A DNA stretch of 64,000 nt from the IMG/VR virus record IMGVR_UViG_3300033073_000753, positions 3,828 through 67,827 of that record, one strand, 5' to 3'. The DNA comes from a virus. Its lineage: Duplodnaviria; Caudoviricetes. Below the pieces are notes generated by a model. That model was not told the origin of the DNA, did no database searches, and saw only the letters and a program-made list of their open reading frames with translations. A program made the position numbers and the translations under genes. Of this stretch, positions 1 through 11,200 are shown piece by piece (within the stretch, counting starts at the first letter, position 1; each line of letters begins with the position of its first letter).

Positions 1-39
1 AAGATATATTCCAATCTCTTCACTTAGTGGAGTAATTTA

Positions 40-2442
40 ATGGCAGATCCAAACGCACCAGTAACAGGCCCAAATTCTAATTGGGTACAATCCGGCGGCA
101 CTGAAACCGGCGGTGGAGCCGCTACTGGGCGACCAATGCGTCGAGGAAAGAAAACAACACCAGATGTAGCACCTACCTCTTCTGCGCCAGCATCAACAGA
201 AAAACCAACCCATAACGATGATTTAACTGGCATTCCAGATTTAAATTATAATCCTTTACAACGGTACCGCAACATGACCTACAATACTAGGTTAACAATG
301 ATGCCTGCGGTAGAGAAAACAATGACTCGTGCAGACCGCACCTACGATTATACAAAAGGCATTATAATGTGGGAAACCGGCGGCACCGGTACTATTTTCT
401 TAGAAAACCTGGATATGAAAGTATACCCACCGGGTAATGTTACTGCCAATTATGCATCGGCAGTAAGCGGAATATTCACCGGCCGTTTGGTTGAGCCTGT
501 TGGCGGCAGATTCATTGAAGCACTATCTGTTGCCGCAGTTAGTTTAGATTATAGAAATAATGCACAGGCCATTTATCTATTAGAGATATCATTTACTGGA
601 TATGACGAAAACGATATACCAGTAACTTGCAAAGGGTGGGATGACGAAGAGTTAACTTTCCGTTGGTATGTGCAGATGCAAGAGCTGAAGATGAAGCTAG
701 ACTATAAAGGGTCTACTTACGAATTTAACATGACTACAGATGCTGGCATTGGTACGCAAGCAGATTTTTATAGTCTAGAACAAGGTTTCAGGATGAAGGG
801 ATCGCCAAGTACCATTGGACAATTTTGTACAGAACTTGCTGAAGCGTTAAACGAACGAGAAAAAGATAAGGTAAGTGCTGGATTAAGATGTTATCCGCAC
901 AAGTATGTAATTACTCCGCACAAGGACATTGCAAACTTAAAATACTCTAACAGTTTCTTTTCAAGACAAAACTGGTCTTGGTTAATTGGCCGCGGCGAAG
1001 TACAGGCACAGCCAGGTACAAGTATTCAACAGTTTATAATGAACTCGGTTAGCCAATCTGAAGAGATGTATAAACATTTGCATCGCGTCAACGATGGTAA
1101 AAAAGAATACAACAGTCCGGATACTAAAAAAGGAACCATTGATAAACCTGCATACAACATTAGCATCTTACACGGTGTAAAAGCCATCAAAGACGGCGAA
1201 AGTCCACAATTTGATCATAAGATTAACAGCTATGTGTTTGAAGTACATTATTTTATTTTTACTAAACCTGATGCAAAAAATGTTATCAGCCCTGTAGAAT
1301 ATGAAGATGCGTTTGAACCAGCCCAGCGAGATGCCCGAGTTAACCTATGGTTAAAATTAGGCATGTTACGCAAGGCATATAAGTGGATTCATACAGGAGA
1401 AAATACTGAAGTTATTAATGCAGACATTAAGTTAGATAATCTCTGGCGCTATGTAAGACCATTATGGATTGATAATGAAACTGGAAAGCCCGTGTCATCG
1501 ATGTCTACACAAAAGACTGCACAGACTAAGGGCGGTAACGGTGCCGGCGCACCACTTACCTGTGACGAAGCGAAGAAAGTAACACAACAACCGATACTAA
1601 AAAAAGGTGACCAACTATACGCAGAAGATATGCCGTATCGTGATGGAGCCCAAAATAACCCAGACATTAATCCGCATAAAGGATGGTATCCACACATGCC
1701 TCAGTTCTATCATATGAATACTGCGGTTAATCAACAAACAAGCCAATCAAGTTTTATGCAGGAAAGTGCTCAAGAATACAGCATCTATAGACAAATTAAC
1801 AATGCACAAGGACAGGGCGCAAACGATCACTTTAATATGAATCTGGAAGTCATTGGCGATCCATACTGGCTAATGCAAATTCCTGATAAGCAAGGAACCC
1901 CGCCGTGGGAAGATGATATATGGGACTGGGAAAAGAATCACTGGTCGCAAGAACAGTTAGCAGAAAAGCGTAAGAAGTGTGCAACACATAATTGGTTACC
2001 ATTTTTATATTTTGAAGCGCAGGCTCCTGCGGCAGATTGGACTCCAGACGATTTAATGAATCTAAGAAAGCTAGATTCTGTAACAGGTATATTTGGTATT
2101 AAATCTATTAATAATAAATTCGTTAAAGGTAAGTTTACTTCACACCTAGAATGTATTAGGGATAATTTAAGTAATCCATGGAATGCTCGCAAAGGCGAAA
2201 AGACAAGTAACAATAAAGAATCTGGTGCAAGCAGTGGTAAGAGCAATACAGCCAGCTCAACAGGGCCTAATAATGCCGCACCGGCAGTCGAAGATCCAGG
2301 TACGCCAACTAGACCGTCTCGTGGACCTAATGCAGAATATACAAATGCTGAAGCAACACAAGAAGCAAATAGATTGAATAGAATACAGCAACAACGATTG
2401 GCAAGTGGGCAGAGTACTACAGTTACCCCAACAAGACAGTAA
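40..2442 (+). CDS. Baseplate hub-like structural protein (gp27/VgrG-N-like)
   Basis: 800 aa immediately upstream of a gp5-like spike. LEVIGDPYWL and C-terminal GIFGIKSINNKFVKGKFTSHLECIR segments resemble contractile-tail hub proteins; position supports the call. Confidence 0.5.
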   Translation: MADPNAPVTGPNSNWVQSGGTETGGGAATGRPMRRGKKTTPDVAPTSSAPASTEKPTHNDDLTGIPDLNYNPLQRYRNMTYNTRLTMMPAVEKTMTRADRTYDYTKGIIMWETGGTGTIFLENLDMKVYPPGNVTANYASAVSGIFTGRLVEPVGGRFIEALSVAAVSLDYRNNAQAIYLLEISFTGYDENDIPVTCKGWDDEELTFRWYVQMQELKMKLDYKGSTYEFNMTTDAGIGTQADFYSLEQGFRMKGSPSTIGQFCTELAEALNEREKDKVSAGLRCYPHKYVITPHKDIANLKYSNSFFSRQNWSWLIGRGEVQAQPGTSIQQFIMNSVSQSEEMYKHLHRVNDGKKEYNSPDTKKGTIDKPAYNISILHGVKAIKDGESPQFDHKINSYVFEVHYFIFTKPDAKNVISPVEYEDAFEPAQRDARVNLWLKLGMLRKAYKWIHTGENTEVINADIKLDNLWRYVRPLWIDNETGKPVSSMSTQKTAQTKGGNGAGAPLTCDEAKKVTQQPILKKGDQLYAEDMPYRDGAQNNPDINPHKGWYPHMPQFYHMNTAVNQQTSQSSFMQESAQEYSIYRQINNAQGQGANDHFNMNLEVIGDPYWLMQIPDKQGTPPWEDDIWDWEKNHWSQEQLAEKRKKCATHNWLPFLYFEAQAPAADWTPDDLMNLRKLDSVTGIFGIKSINNKFVKGKFTSHLECIRDNLSNPWNARKGEKTSNNKESGASSGKSNTASSTGPNNAAPAVEDPGTPTRPSRGPNAEYTNAEATQEANRLNRIQQQRLASGQSTTVTPTRQ

Positions 2443-2458
2443 TAATTAGAGGATTAAA

Positions 2459-4603
2459 ATGAAAGTAAGGCCAGGTGGCGGAACAGATCATCACAAAGTT
2501 GGAGGCGGCGGAGCCAACAAAAACTTTGGTGTATTTGTTGGTAAAGTAAAAGACAATGTTGATCCCGATGGTCACGGCCGCCTACGAGTATGGATTGCCC
2601 AATTAAGTTCAGCAAATGAAAGCGACGAACGCGGCTGGTTTACAGTACGCTATTGCCCGCCAATGGCAGGTGCTGAAAATACAAGCGAAGAATCTCAGGC
2701 TAATAATGCAACAACAAGAAAGCAAACTAATCAAAGTTATGGTATGTGGATGGTGCCACCACATAAGAATGTTAATGTAATTTGTGCTTTCCTTAACGGC
2801 GAACCTGGGCAAGGTATATGGTGGGCATGTTTGCCACCTGATGGGCACACTCACAGTTTACCTGGACTAGCAAGCGGACAGACTCACGATGGTCAAATTG
2901 GGCCAGTTGCTGAACGAAATCGCTACAACACAAAAGACGCACAAATTGAGAATCGCCCAGAGCACCCTCTAAACAATACGCTGAAAGGCCAAGGTCTAGA
3001 AAAAGATCTGCGCCGTGGACAGAACAATGCTGGCCCTTTTAGAGCCAAAGATAAACACCCTGGTTACGCTTATGGATTTGTAAGTCCCGCTCAACACCAA
3101 TTATTAATTGATGACGGTGAAGATGGCAACAGCGGCCAAATTAAATTGCGTGTTAAAACAGGCGCAAGTATTACTATTGACGGCAAAGACGGATTTATTA
3201 ACATTGTCAATTCAAATGGTAGTGCATGGGTTGAAATTGACTCAGACGGCAATGTAGACATCTATACTGATAAAGACTTTAGCGTAGGCGCATTAGGAAA
3301 TATTAACTTTAGAGCTGGACAAAGTGTAAACATTGAAGCAGGTTCTAATATCAATATGTTGGCTAATGTTAACATTGTTGCTGAAGCATGTGAAGTTTTA
3401 AATCTAACCGGCTCCACTGGCGCTAATATTTCTACAAACCTTAGTATGAACCTGTTAGCTGATAGTCAAATGAAATTAACTGGCCAAAGAATTGATTTAA
3501 ACGGACCACCAGCAGAGCGTGCCGCATTACCAGAAGCAAACAGTTTAGTAAGCAACCAAGAAGTTGGCCAGAGTATCGCGGCTCGTGTTCCTGAAAAAGA
3601 ACCTTACGGTGGCCATAGTCAGCGTTTTGGCGAACAAATTTCTACGCCACAAGGCAAGAGTAATATTGAGCCAGTTATTACCCCAGCACCAGACAGCTAT
3701 AACGATGTGCCTGCGCCAACTGATACAAATGCTATCGATTGTGTGCCCGAAATTACACAATCCAAGCTCAGCGACGACGGATTTAAAATCTTAAAGAGTC
3801 GTGAAGCATATACAGGGATGATGTACAGTGACTTCCAAGGATATAGCATTGGTTATGGCATTCGTTTAGATATATTTGGACCTGGTGGTGGCGGCAAGAT
3901 TGACGAAAACTTAAAGACAGCCTTGCTAGCTGGTCCTAGCGAACCAGAAGCAAGATTAGCCAGTCGACAAATCATTGACAGAGAAAACACTCCTCGAGTA
4001 ATGCGAGCACTAGAAAAAGCAAAACAAAGTGCCGCAGGAAAGACAATTTGTATTACACAATCTCAAATCGATGCGCTAATTATGGCATCATATGGCAATC
4101 CAGCAAGTGCTGACAGAATGGCTACTGATTTAGTTGCGGCTGCCGCATCAACATCTGATGGCAAACCGACTAACGAAGATATTGCTAAAATTTGGGCCAA
4201 TAGCCCTTATAACAATAGTGCCAAAGTTCGAGACAGCGATGCCAGGTACGCAATGACAGGTAAACCAAATCCGTCTACACTAGTATTACAGCCCGAAGCA
4301 CTAAGAGATAGCGGTATTAAAAATGACCTAAGCCGACTTAAAAATAATAAGGTGCAATTGCCAGAATCAAGCGATTGGCGCTCACCATTGGGTAACGGTG
4401 GACAAACAGGAAATAGGGTTAATTGTGCATATGGTCGAGCTACGCCACAGCATCTGGCCCAAATTGAAAGAAGCTACTATTTGAACACTGGTAAGGCCGC
4501 ACCTACTACTTCGCTAACAATTGAACAGCTAAGAGACAAGTACGGAGCCCCACATTTAGATGGAAATACTCCGCCATCTTCGCCTACTAAATCTTTGGCC
4601 TAA
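2459..4603 (+). CDS. gp5-like baseplate central spike with C-terminal GH24-like lysozyme domain
   Basis: N-terminal OB-fold signature GKVKDNVDPDGHGRLRVWI...YGMWMVPP...VICAFLNGEP; beta-helix-like middle; LSDDGFKILKSREAY..MYSDFQGYSIGYG and ITQSQIDAL resemble phage lysozyme motifs. Confidence 0.75.
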   Translation: MKVRPGGGTDHHKVGGGGANKNFGVFVGKVKDNVDPDGHGRLRVWIAQLSSANESDERGWFTVRYCPPMAGAENTSEESQANNATTRKQTNQSYGMWMVPPHKNVNVICAFLNGEPGQGIWWACLPPDGHTHSLPGLASGQTHDGQIGPVAERNRYNTKDAQIENRPEHPLNNTLKGQGLEKDLRRGQNNAGPFRAKDKHPGYAYGFVSPAQHQLLIDDGEDGNSGQIKLRVKTGASITIDGKDGFINIVNSNGSAWVEIDSDGNVDIYTDKDFSVGALGNINFRAGQSVNIEAGSNINMLANVNIVAEACEVLNLTGSTGANISTNLSMNLLADSQMKLTGQRIDLNGPPAERAALPEANSLVSNQEVGQSIAARVPEKEPYGGHSQRFGEQISTPQGKSNIEPVITPAPDSYNDVPAPTDTNAIDCVPEITQSKLSDDGFKILKSREAYTGMMYSDFQGYSIGYGIRLDIFGPGGGGKIDENLKTALLAGPSEPEARLASRQIIDRENTPRVMRALEKAKQSAAGKTICITQSQIDALIMASYGNPASADRMATDLVAAAASTSDGKPTNEDIAKIWANSPYNNSAKVRDSDARYAMTGKPNPSTLVLQPEALRDSGIKNDLSRLKNNKVQLPESSDWRSPLGNGGQTGNRVNCAYGRATPQHLAQIERSYYLNTGKAAPTTSLTIEQLRDKYGAPHLDGNTPPSSPTKSLA

Positions 4604-4633
4604 TTAGAAAAAACCCTGTTTATTACAACCTGG

Positions 4634-4639
4634 TAAATA
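4634..4639 (+). promoter_or_regulatory. T4-type late promoter core (TAAATA), 5 nt before ATG
   Basis: GGTAAATAggtctATG; no Shine-Dalgarno between motif and start. Confidence 0.55.
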
Positions 4640-4644
4640 GGTCT

Positions 4645-5025
4645 ATGCCCAGATTAACATCAAAATATCGCGGATATAGCACAGTTGGAACTAGTTTCTT
4701 AAACCCTAGTTTGGCTGACCTTGCCCTCGCAAAACAAGATTTATTAAATCATTTGAATACTCGCAGAGGCGAGCGCATTATGATGCCAAACTTTGGAAGC
4801 ATTGTTTGGGACATGCTATTTGAACCATTGGATAGCGAAACGATTGCAATAATTGACGCAGATATTAGAGGTATTGTTAAAAACGACCCAAGATGGCAGT
4901 TGAATAGTGTAAGCATTTCAGAAGGTCCTAATGCGTTGACTATTGAAATCAAAGTTACATACTTGCCATCGTCACAAGAAGTAATATTGCCATTAACTTA
5001 TAACAAAGGAACAAGTACAGTATGA
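4645..5025 (+). CDS. gp25-like baseplate wedge subunit
   Basis: 126 aa; DLLNHLNTRRGERIMMPNFGSIVWDMLFEPL...DPRW is the gp25/GPW signature. Confidence 0.85.
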   Translation: MPRLTSKYRGYSTVGTSFLNPSLADLALAKQDLLNHLNTRRGERIMMPNFGSIVWDMLFEPLDSETIAIIDADIRGIVKNDPRWQLNSVSISEGPNALTIEIKVTYLPSSQEVILPLTYNKGTSTV

Positions 5026-8000
5026 GCCAGACTCGACGCCTAGGACAGCTTTATGCCGCAGAGAGCTGGCAGAACAATTATCGTTACCTAGTTAACGCAG
5101 ACTTCAAGGCCTACGACTTTGAAAGTCTACGCACAGCATTATTAAATTATATTCAAACAAATTATCCTGAAGACTTTAACGACTTCATTAATTCAAGCGA
5201 ATATGTTGCTCTTGTTGACTTGATTTCTTTCTTAGGACAAAATTTAGCGTTCCGCAGTGATTTAAATCTGCGTGAAACATTTTTAGAAACTGCTGAAGTT
5301 CGCGGTAATGTATTAAGCATTGCTCGCCAGCTTGGATATAAACCTTTCCGTAACGGTGTTGCTAGTGGTTTCTTGCGAGTAACAGCGATCCAGACAACAC
5401 AGCAGGTGTATGACAGCAAAGGCCAAAACTTAGCAGGCCGTAACATTGTTTGGGCTGATCCATTGAACCCAGATTTTAATGAACAGTGGACAACTGTTAT
5501 GAATGAAGTATTGAGTCGTAACAACCCTGTTGGTCGCCCTGTTAGTAGTATTGTTGATAACGGAACGGTTAGACAACTATATCAAATTGATCAGCCAGGC
5601 AACCGTACAATGGTCGAGTCTTTCAACCTGACTTCTAGAAACAACTCAACATACAACTGTGAAATTGTTCCTATTGCAATCGACACAGAAACACAATTAG
5701 CAATAGAAAATACCCCAGACCCTTATGGTTATCTTACAATGTTGTTCAACAATGACGGCACAGGTTATGCTAACCCTACCAACGGCTGGTTCTTTATGTT
5801 CAAGCAAGGTACATTGAAGTATGAAGATTATGTATTAAACACAAGTTTAGAAAATCGCGTACTAGACTTGCAGAATAACAGCATCAATGAAACAGATGTA
5901 TGGGTGCAAAGCATTGACGGCAACGGTTACATTTTAAACAACTGGTCAGAAGTTCCAAGTGTTGTTGGACAAAACATTGCGTTTAGCGCGATCTCTAAAG
6001 ATGTGCGTACATTGTACGAAACTATTCCTAGAGCCGACGATCAAGTGTCTATTAAATTTGGTGACGGTACATTTTCTGCGATCCCAACAGGTAATATTCG
6101 TGTATGGTATCGTCAGAGTGCAACGGAAGCAGTTACATTCAATCCTCAAGATGTAGCAGGTCTACAAATGAGCTTGCGTTACATTGATGGTACAGGCACA
6201 GAGCAAGATTTAATCATTACATTAGAACTAAACGAAGCCGTTAGCAATACAGCCAGCGAAACACTTGATCAAATCAAGAGCCGCGCAAGCCGCACAGCGG
6301 CAAGCCAAGAACGCATGATTACAGCCAGCGACTACAATACCTATCCTGAAGGTAAAGTTGGTGGTGTGAGTAAAATTAAAGCAATTAATAGAACATACGC
6401 AGGACAAAGTGTTTATGTTGATCCACAGGATCCTACAGGCACATATCGCCCTGTAATTACATTTGCACAAGATACCTATTTGTATAGAAAAGATGCAACT
6501 TTACAAGATACTATCTCAGACTTAAACAGCGCCGACGATATTATCAATTGGATAGAAAACATTTTGCTGAATCGTAGCTTACATCAGTTCTATTACACAC
6601 GAAATACACAATTTGTACCAGTTACAGCACCTGACGCAGAAACTGAACTAAGCTGGGAAAAGATCGATTATAGTGCAGGCACAACACACGGATACTTTTA
6701 TCTAACGAGCGACACGGAAAAGAAACCTGTGCGTATTGGTAAAGGTAGTGTGATACTTCCACATAGAACAATTAAGAAAGACACACTAATTAACTTTGGT
6801 GATACCACAGGCTGGGCAAAAGTGCTCGATATTTACAGAGAAGGCTTTGGTGTAGGTGATAACTCTGGTGCCAATACAGGTTTAAGAGCTAGCGGTCAAG
6901 GTGCTGTGTTCTTAGATGGTATTGTACCAAGCGGACAATTAGAAAAATGGGTTCCTAATCTAAGAACAATTTTTAAAGCGGCAGAAAGAGATGCCATCAC
7001 AGTTGAAATCAATGCACACAGACAGTTTGGTCTTCGTTACGATCAAACTAAAGATATCTGGTATGTTGTTAAGGTTGATAACTTAGATGTTACATCTGAT
7101 TTTGACATGACCTTCGCTGGCAACACAAGCAATACAAGAAAAGATGCTAGCTGGTTAATCACACTAGACCATACATTTAATGCCTGGACTAGCTTAGTGC
7201 GCCAAGACAACACAATTTTTGGTAGTGTTAAAGAATTAGTATTCCACAATCAGCGTTTTGGCGTTGCATTAGATCAAACCACACAGCGTATCATTAAAGA
7301 TACAGTCAAGTTTTTAACATCTAATCAAAACATCACTGAAGAATACGAGTTAGATGTATTTGATTATTTTAGAATTGGCGATGGAAGATATGATCCTACG
7401 CGAGTACGAGTAGTATTACCTGGCCTATTAGATACGCTGGTACCTAAAGATCCAGAAATCTTTAATCGTATTATTGGTTCGTCACATATCAATCTTTATA
7501 GAGAAGAGTTTGCTGATTCTATTGGACAATTTACAGTTAAGCCAACTGCAAATATTAGCGTAAGCGGCGATTATAATAATGCGATAGGTCGACAAAACCT
7601 AAAAGTACAATACAATCATGTACCATTAAGAGATAATCGTGTAGATGTAACTACAACAAACATCATTGACATGTTTGTGTTAACCGATCAATATGATTCG
7701 GCTTTCCGTACATGGATTGCCAATGGAGCAGACGCAACAACTAAACCGTTGCCATTGACTTCATATGAATTAGAAAAAACAATGTCAACGATTGTACCTT
7801 ACAAGAGTGTTAGTGATACCATTGTATTCCATCCAGTGCGTTATAAAGTACTATTTGGTGTAGGAGCAAATCCATTGCGTAACCAAGTTACTATCCGTGT
7901 TACAAAAAGTGATGGCACACGAGTAAGTGATGCAGAAATTAGCTCACGAGTAATTGCATCAATTAATAATTACTTCCAAGTTAATAACTGGGACTTTGGT

Positions 8001-8231
8001 GAAACATTCTATTTCACAGATATGGCATCGTGGGTACACAAACAACTAAGCGGAGTTATTAGCAGTATTGCTTTAATTCCAAAACAAAGTGGATTAACAT
8101 CCAATGACTTATTCCAAATTCGTTGTGACGAAGACGAATTGTTTATCAGTAGTGCAACTGTAGCAGATGTAGAAGTTATTACAAGCTCTGTATCTCCAAC
8201 AGTTATTACTACTTCTACTTCAAGTTTATAA
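5022..8231 (+). CDS. gp6-like baseplate wedge subunit (long form)
   Basis: DFESLRTALLNYI...DF..SSEY.ALVDLISF, ETAEVRGNVLSIARQLGYKP, IKFGDG, ETLDQIKSRA...QERMITASDY, INNYF...NWDFGE; follows gp25. Confidence 0.8.
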   Translation: MSQTRRLGQLYAAESWQNNYRYLVNADFKAYDFESLRTALLNYIQTNYPEDFNDFINSSEYVALVDLISFLGQNLAFRSDLNLRETFLETAEVRGNVLSIARQLGYKPFRNGVASGFLRVTAIQTTQQVYDSKGQNLAGRNIVWADPLNPDFNEQWTTVMNEVLSRNNPVGRPVSSIVDNGTVRQLYQIDQPGNRTMVESFNLTSRNNSTYNCEIVPIAIDTETQLAIENTPDPYGYLTMLFNNDGTGYANPTNGWFFMFKQGTLKYEDYVLNTSLENRVLDLQNNSINETDVWVQSIDGNGYILNNWSEVPSVVGQNIAFSAISKDVRTLYETIPRADDQVSIKFGDGTFSAIPTGNIRVWYRQSATEAVTFNPQDVAGLQMSLRYIDGTGTEQDLIITLELNEAVSNTASETLDQIKSRASRTAASQERMITASDYNTYPEGKVGGVSKIKAINRTYAGQSVYVDPQDPTGTYRPVITFAQDTYLYRKDATLQDTISDLNSADDIINWIENILLNRSLHQFYYTRNTQFVPVTAPDAETELSWEKIDYSAGTTHGYFYLTSDTEKKPVRIGKGSVILPHRTIKKDTLINFGDTTGWAKVLDIYREGFGVGDNSGANTGLRASGQGAVFLDGIVPSGQLEKWVPNLRTIFKAAERDAITVEINAHRQFGLRYDQTKDIWYVVKVDNLDVTSDFDMTFAGNTSNTRKDASWLITLDHTFNAWTSLVRQDNTIFGSVKELVFHNQRFGVALDQTTQRIIKDTVKFLTSNQNITEEYELDVFDYFRIGDGRYDPTRVRVVLPGLLDTLVPKDPEIFNRIIGSSHINLYREEFADSIGQFTVKPTANISVSGDYNNAIGRQNLKVQYNHVPLRDNRVDVTTTNIIDMFVLTDQYDSAFRTWIANGADATTKPLPLTSYELEKTMSTIVPYKSVSDTIVFHPVRYKVLFGVGANPLRNQVTIRVTKSDGTRVSDAEISSRVIASINNYFQVNNWDFGETFYFTDMASWVHKQLSGVISSIALIPKQSGLTSNDLFQIRCDEDELFISSATVADVEVITSSVSPTVITTSTSSL

Positions 8232-8243
8232 CAAGGCATTTAA

Positions 8244-11200
8244 ATGGCACAAGATCCAACAAAAGTAAATCCTCAAAATGTTCCTGATAAGACCTATCCG
8301 GGGCAAGGGACTGGCGATTACCAACTGCCTAGAACAGTTGACCTATTGCCTAATATCTTTAGAACTGATACAAATAAGAAACTTTTAAATGCTGTAATGG
8401 AGGACATGTTTCAGCCACATGCCTTAGAAGATTTAAACTATGCTGTTGGTCGCAAGACTACAAAAACAAGTTTCAAAGAATACCTGCCTCATGCAACAGC
8501 TCGTCGTCAGCTTGAAACAGGTATTGTATATTACAAAGAAGCCGGTGTTGATACATTATCCGCAGATGAAGTGGCACAGGGCTGGGGATTCAATGATAGA
8601 ACAAACGAAAGTCCTGTCCCAGTTAGTGTACTAGACTTGCCAATTGACCCAGATAAATTTGTCAACTGGTTAGACTATCACTGGCTCGAAGAAGGTATGC
8701 CAGTTATCATTCTAAACGCAAACGATGATGAAGGAATCGATGTAATAAATGATATCATTGGACAAAAATATTACACAAGTCCATTACAATCCAACGGTCG
8801 TAGATTAGAATTTAAAAATGGTATGCGTGTTATGTTCCAAAACTTTGGAAACACACAGACAATTAATGGTGACCTGGACACAGAGCTCCTTACAAACGGC
8901 AAAGCTCAAATTGGTATTGGCGTAGAACTAAACGCATATGATTCAAGTAAGATTGGAGTAGGTTTAAACGGCACATTACAAGTACTTGGTGTTGACTATT
9001 ACATTTTTGGTAACAGTATTTTCTGGATTGATGCAATTCCAGAAGCAGGCCAGCAGTTACACCTGCACTTTCCAGACTACTACATTACAACTGAAGCAGA
9101 CGCACTAATCGCAAATAGAAAGTGGCAAATCGATGGAGTTGGCTCTAAAGAGGGTATTCGCCTATTAGGTAGAACATACCAGTATACAAATACAGTTTAT
9201 AGTAAAGCAACACAAACATTCTGGGATCAAACAGCAGTACCCTGGGATTCTATTGAATGGGATGGTGCTGTACGAGGCATCAATGCCAAGCATTATATTC
9301 TAATGCAAACTGGCGCTCCTAATAGAAATGCACACAGCCGTGTTAATGTGTGGTATCATAAAGATGCCATTCAAACTTTGGCAAACTACTTAGGCATTGG
9401 CTTTAATGAAATTGCTGACCCAAGTACCAAGGCTCTAAGACCAATTGTCGAATTTGAAAACAACTTAGAATTGTATGCACACGGTGTTCGCAGTAGATTC
9501 TGGCCTAACTTTGCGGTAAAAGATGCTGGTATAATACCTAACGATTTTATTAATCTCCCATTGAAGACATCTGGTATTCAACTTGATGCTGGGTATACTT
9601 CTCTGATTAAAAAGCTAAAGGCCAAACCAGATTTACTTGTAACAATTACAAGAAACGATAAAGTGCAGTATGCTGTGAGCAAGTCTGCATATTCAACAGC
9701 AGATTTAGCAGATGCTTTGGCTAATCCAGGTAGAAAGATTATCTATGAAATTGTAGATAACAAAATTGTTTGGTTAGTTAACCCTCCGGCAGTTGATGCA
9801 ACAGTTGAAATTTCTTATAAAGTCAAAGGAGTGTTGCTATCTAAACTTAGAATTCTGTGGCTACAACCTAGTGCAAACATAAACAAGATTATTAACATTG
9901 TATCCAATAGTACACATACCATTAGTTACATTGTAGAATTAGCTAATAATGGTGATGCAGTAGTTGTTGATGTACCCGACGAAACAGATCCGTTTTATCT
10001 TAAAGAATACTACTGGACCGGTGGCAAGGCAGTAGCGGCACAGCTAAGAAAATCTAAAACTCAACAACCATTATTTGAGTTGTATGGTGCTGACCAGGTC
10101 AAGCTGTCGGCTAATCCAAATCATCCTCAAGTCATTAACAGTAAAATTATTAGTATTGTAGAAGGCACAAACTTTGACAATGAAAGCGGATACAATTTAA
10201 GCTTCTTGCCAAGTCAGTTCAATGAATTGACATCTGACAATACTATACGAAATGCAATGTACGATATTGAATATGAACATGTTCAACAAACTCCTGCAAT
10301 TTACAATAACGGCACATATACATTAACAGCAAGAGGTCCGTATTCGTTTAGACGATGGAAAGGACTAAATGTTGCCGACGAATTAAGTCACGGTTACCTT
10401 CGTGCATGGTTTAGATTACGCAGTTGGGCAATTCAAACTGCAACAGTAAACAATAGTTCTATCAGCTTAGATACATCCGTATGGCCAACATATAATTGGG
10501 TAGCCACACAACAATCAGGCAAATTAACAATATTGCACCCAGACAATTATGCCGTGGTAGTAAACAATACACCTGTATTTGGTCGTGGAGAAGTAGCAAA
10601 AATTGAAGTGGCAATCCCAGGAATTAATACAATCACCTTTAGCGGGCATGGCTTAACATCGTTTGATGTTGATGTAGTCGGCGGTGTTGCAGAATTTTTA
10701 ATGGGAACTGATGTGCCGGGTACATTAACTATGACAATTGGTTCTCAATCAGTTGTTGGGCGAGTTGTTAATGCCAAGTTTGATCCCAGAGCACCACAAA
10801 TTAAATTAAACGGATTGCCTACCGAATATACCTACAATATTACCAGAGACACAGTAGGATACCCTACAACAATTGAAGTCGTGATAAGTGGCGCCGGAGA
10901 GGTTGAAATAAAACACCAAGGCATTGGATCATCAACAGACCACATTACTGCTATTCCTGGCTTGGATTACAACACAAAACAAGATAACAACCTTGGCAAG
11001 TTTACACCAAGTCGCCTTGTAGGGTCGATGTATGCTAACATCTTGTCAAATAAAGAAAACAGCGAACAAAGCTGGATTGATGCGACACACTCAGTTGCAT
11101 TCAACGGTGCATTGATGGCAGACCATAGCTCTATTCGAAGTGCATGGGCAAGTTTTAAACTAGCACCAACAATTCAAGACATTGCTGTAGCAAGAGCTAA

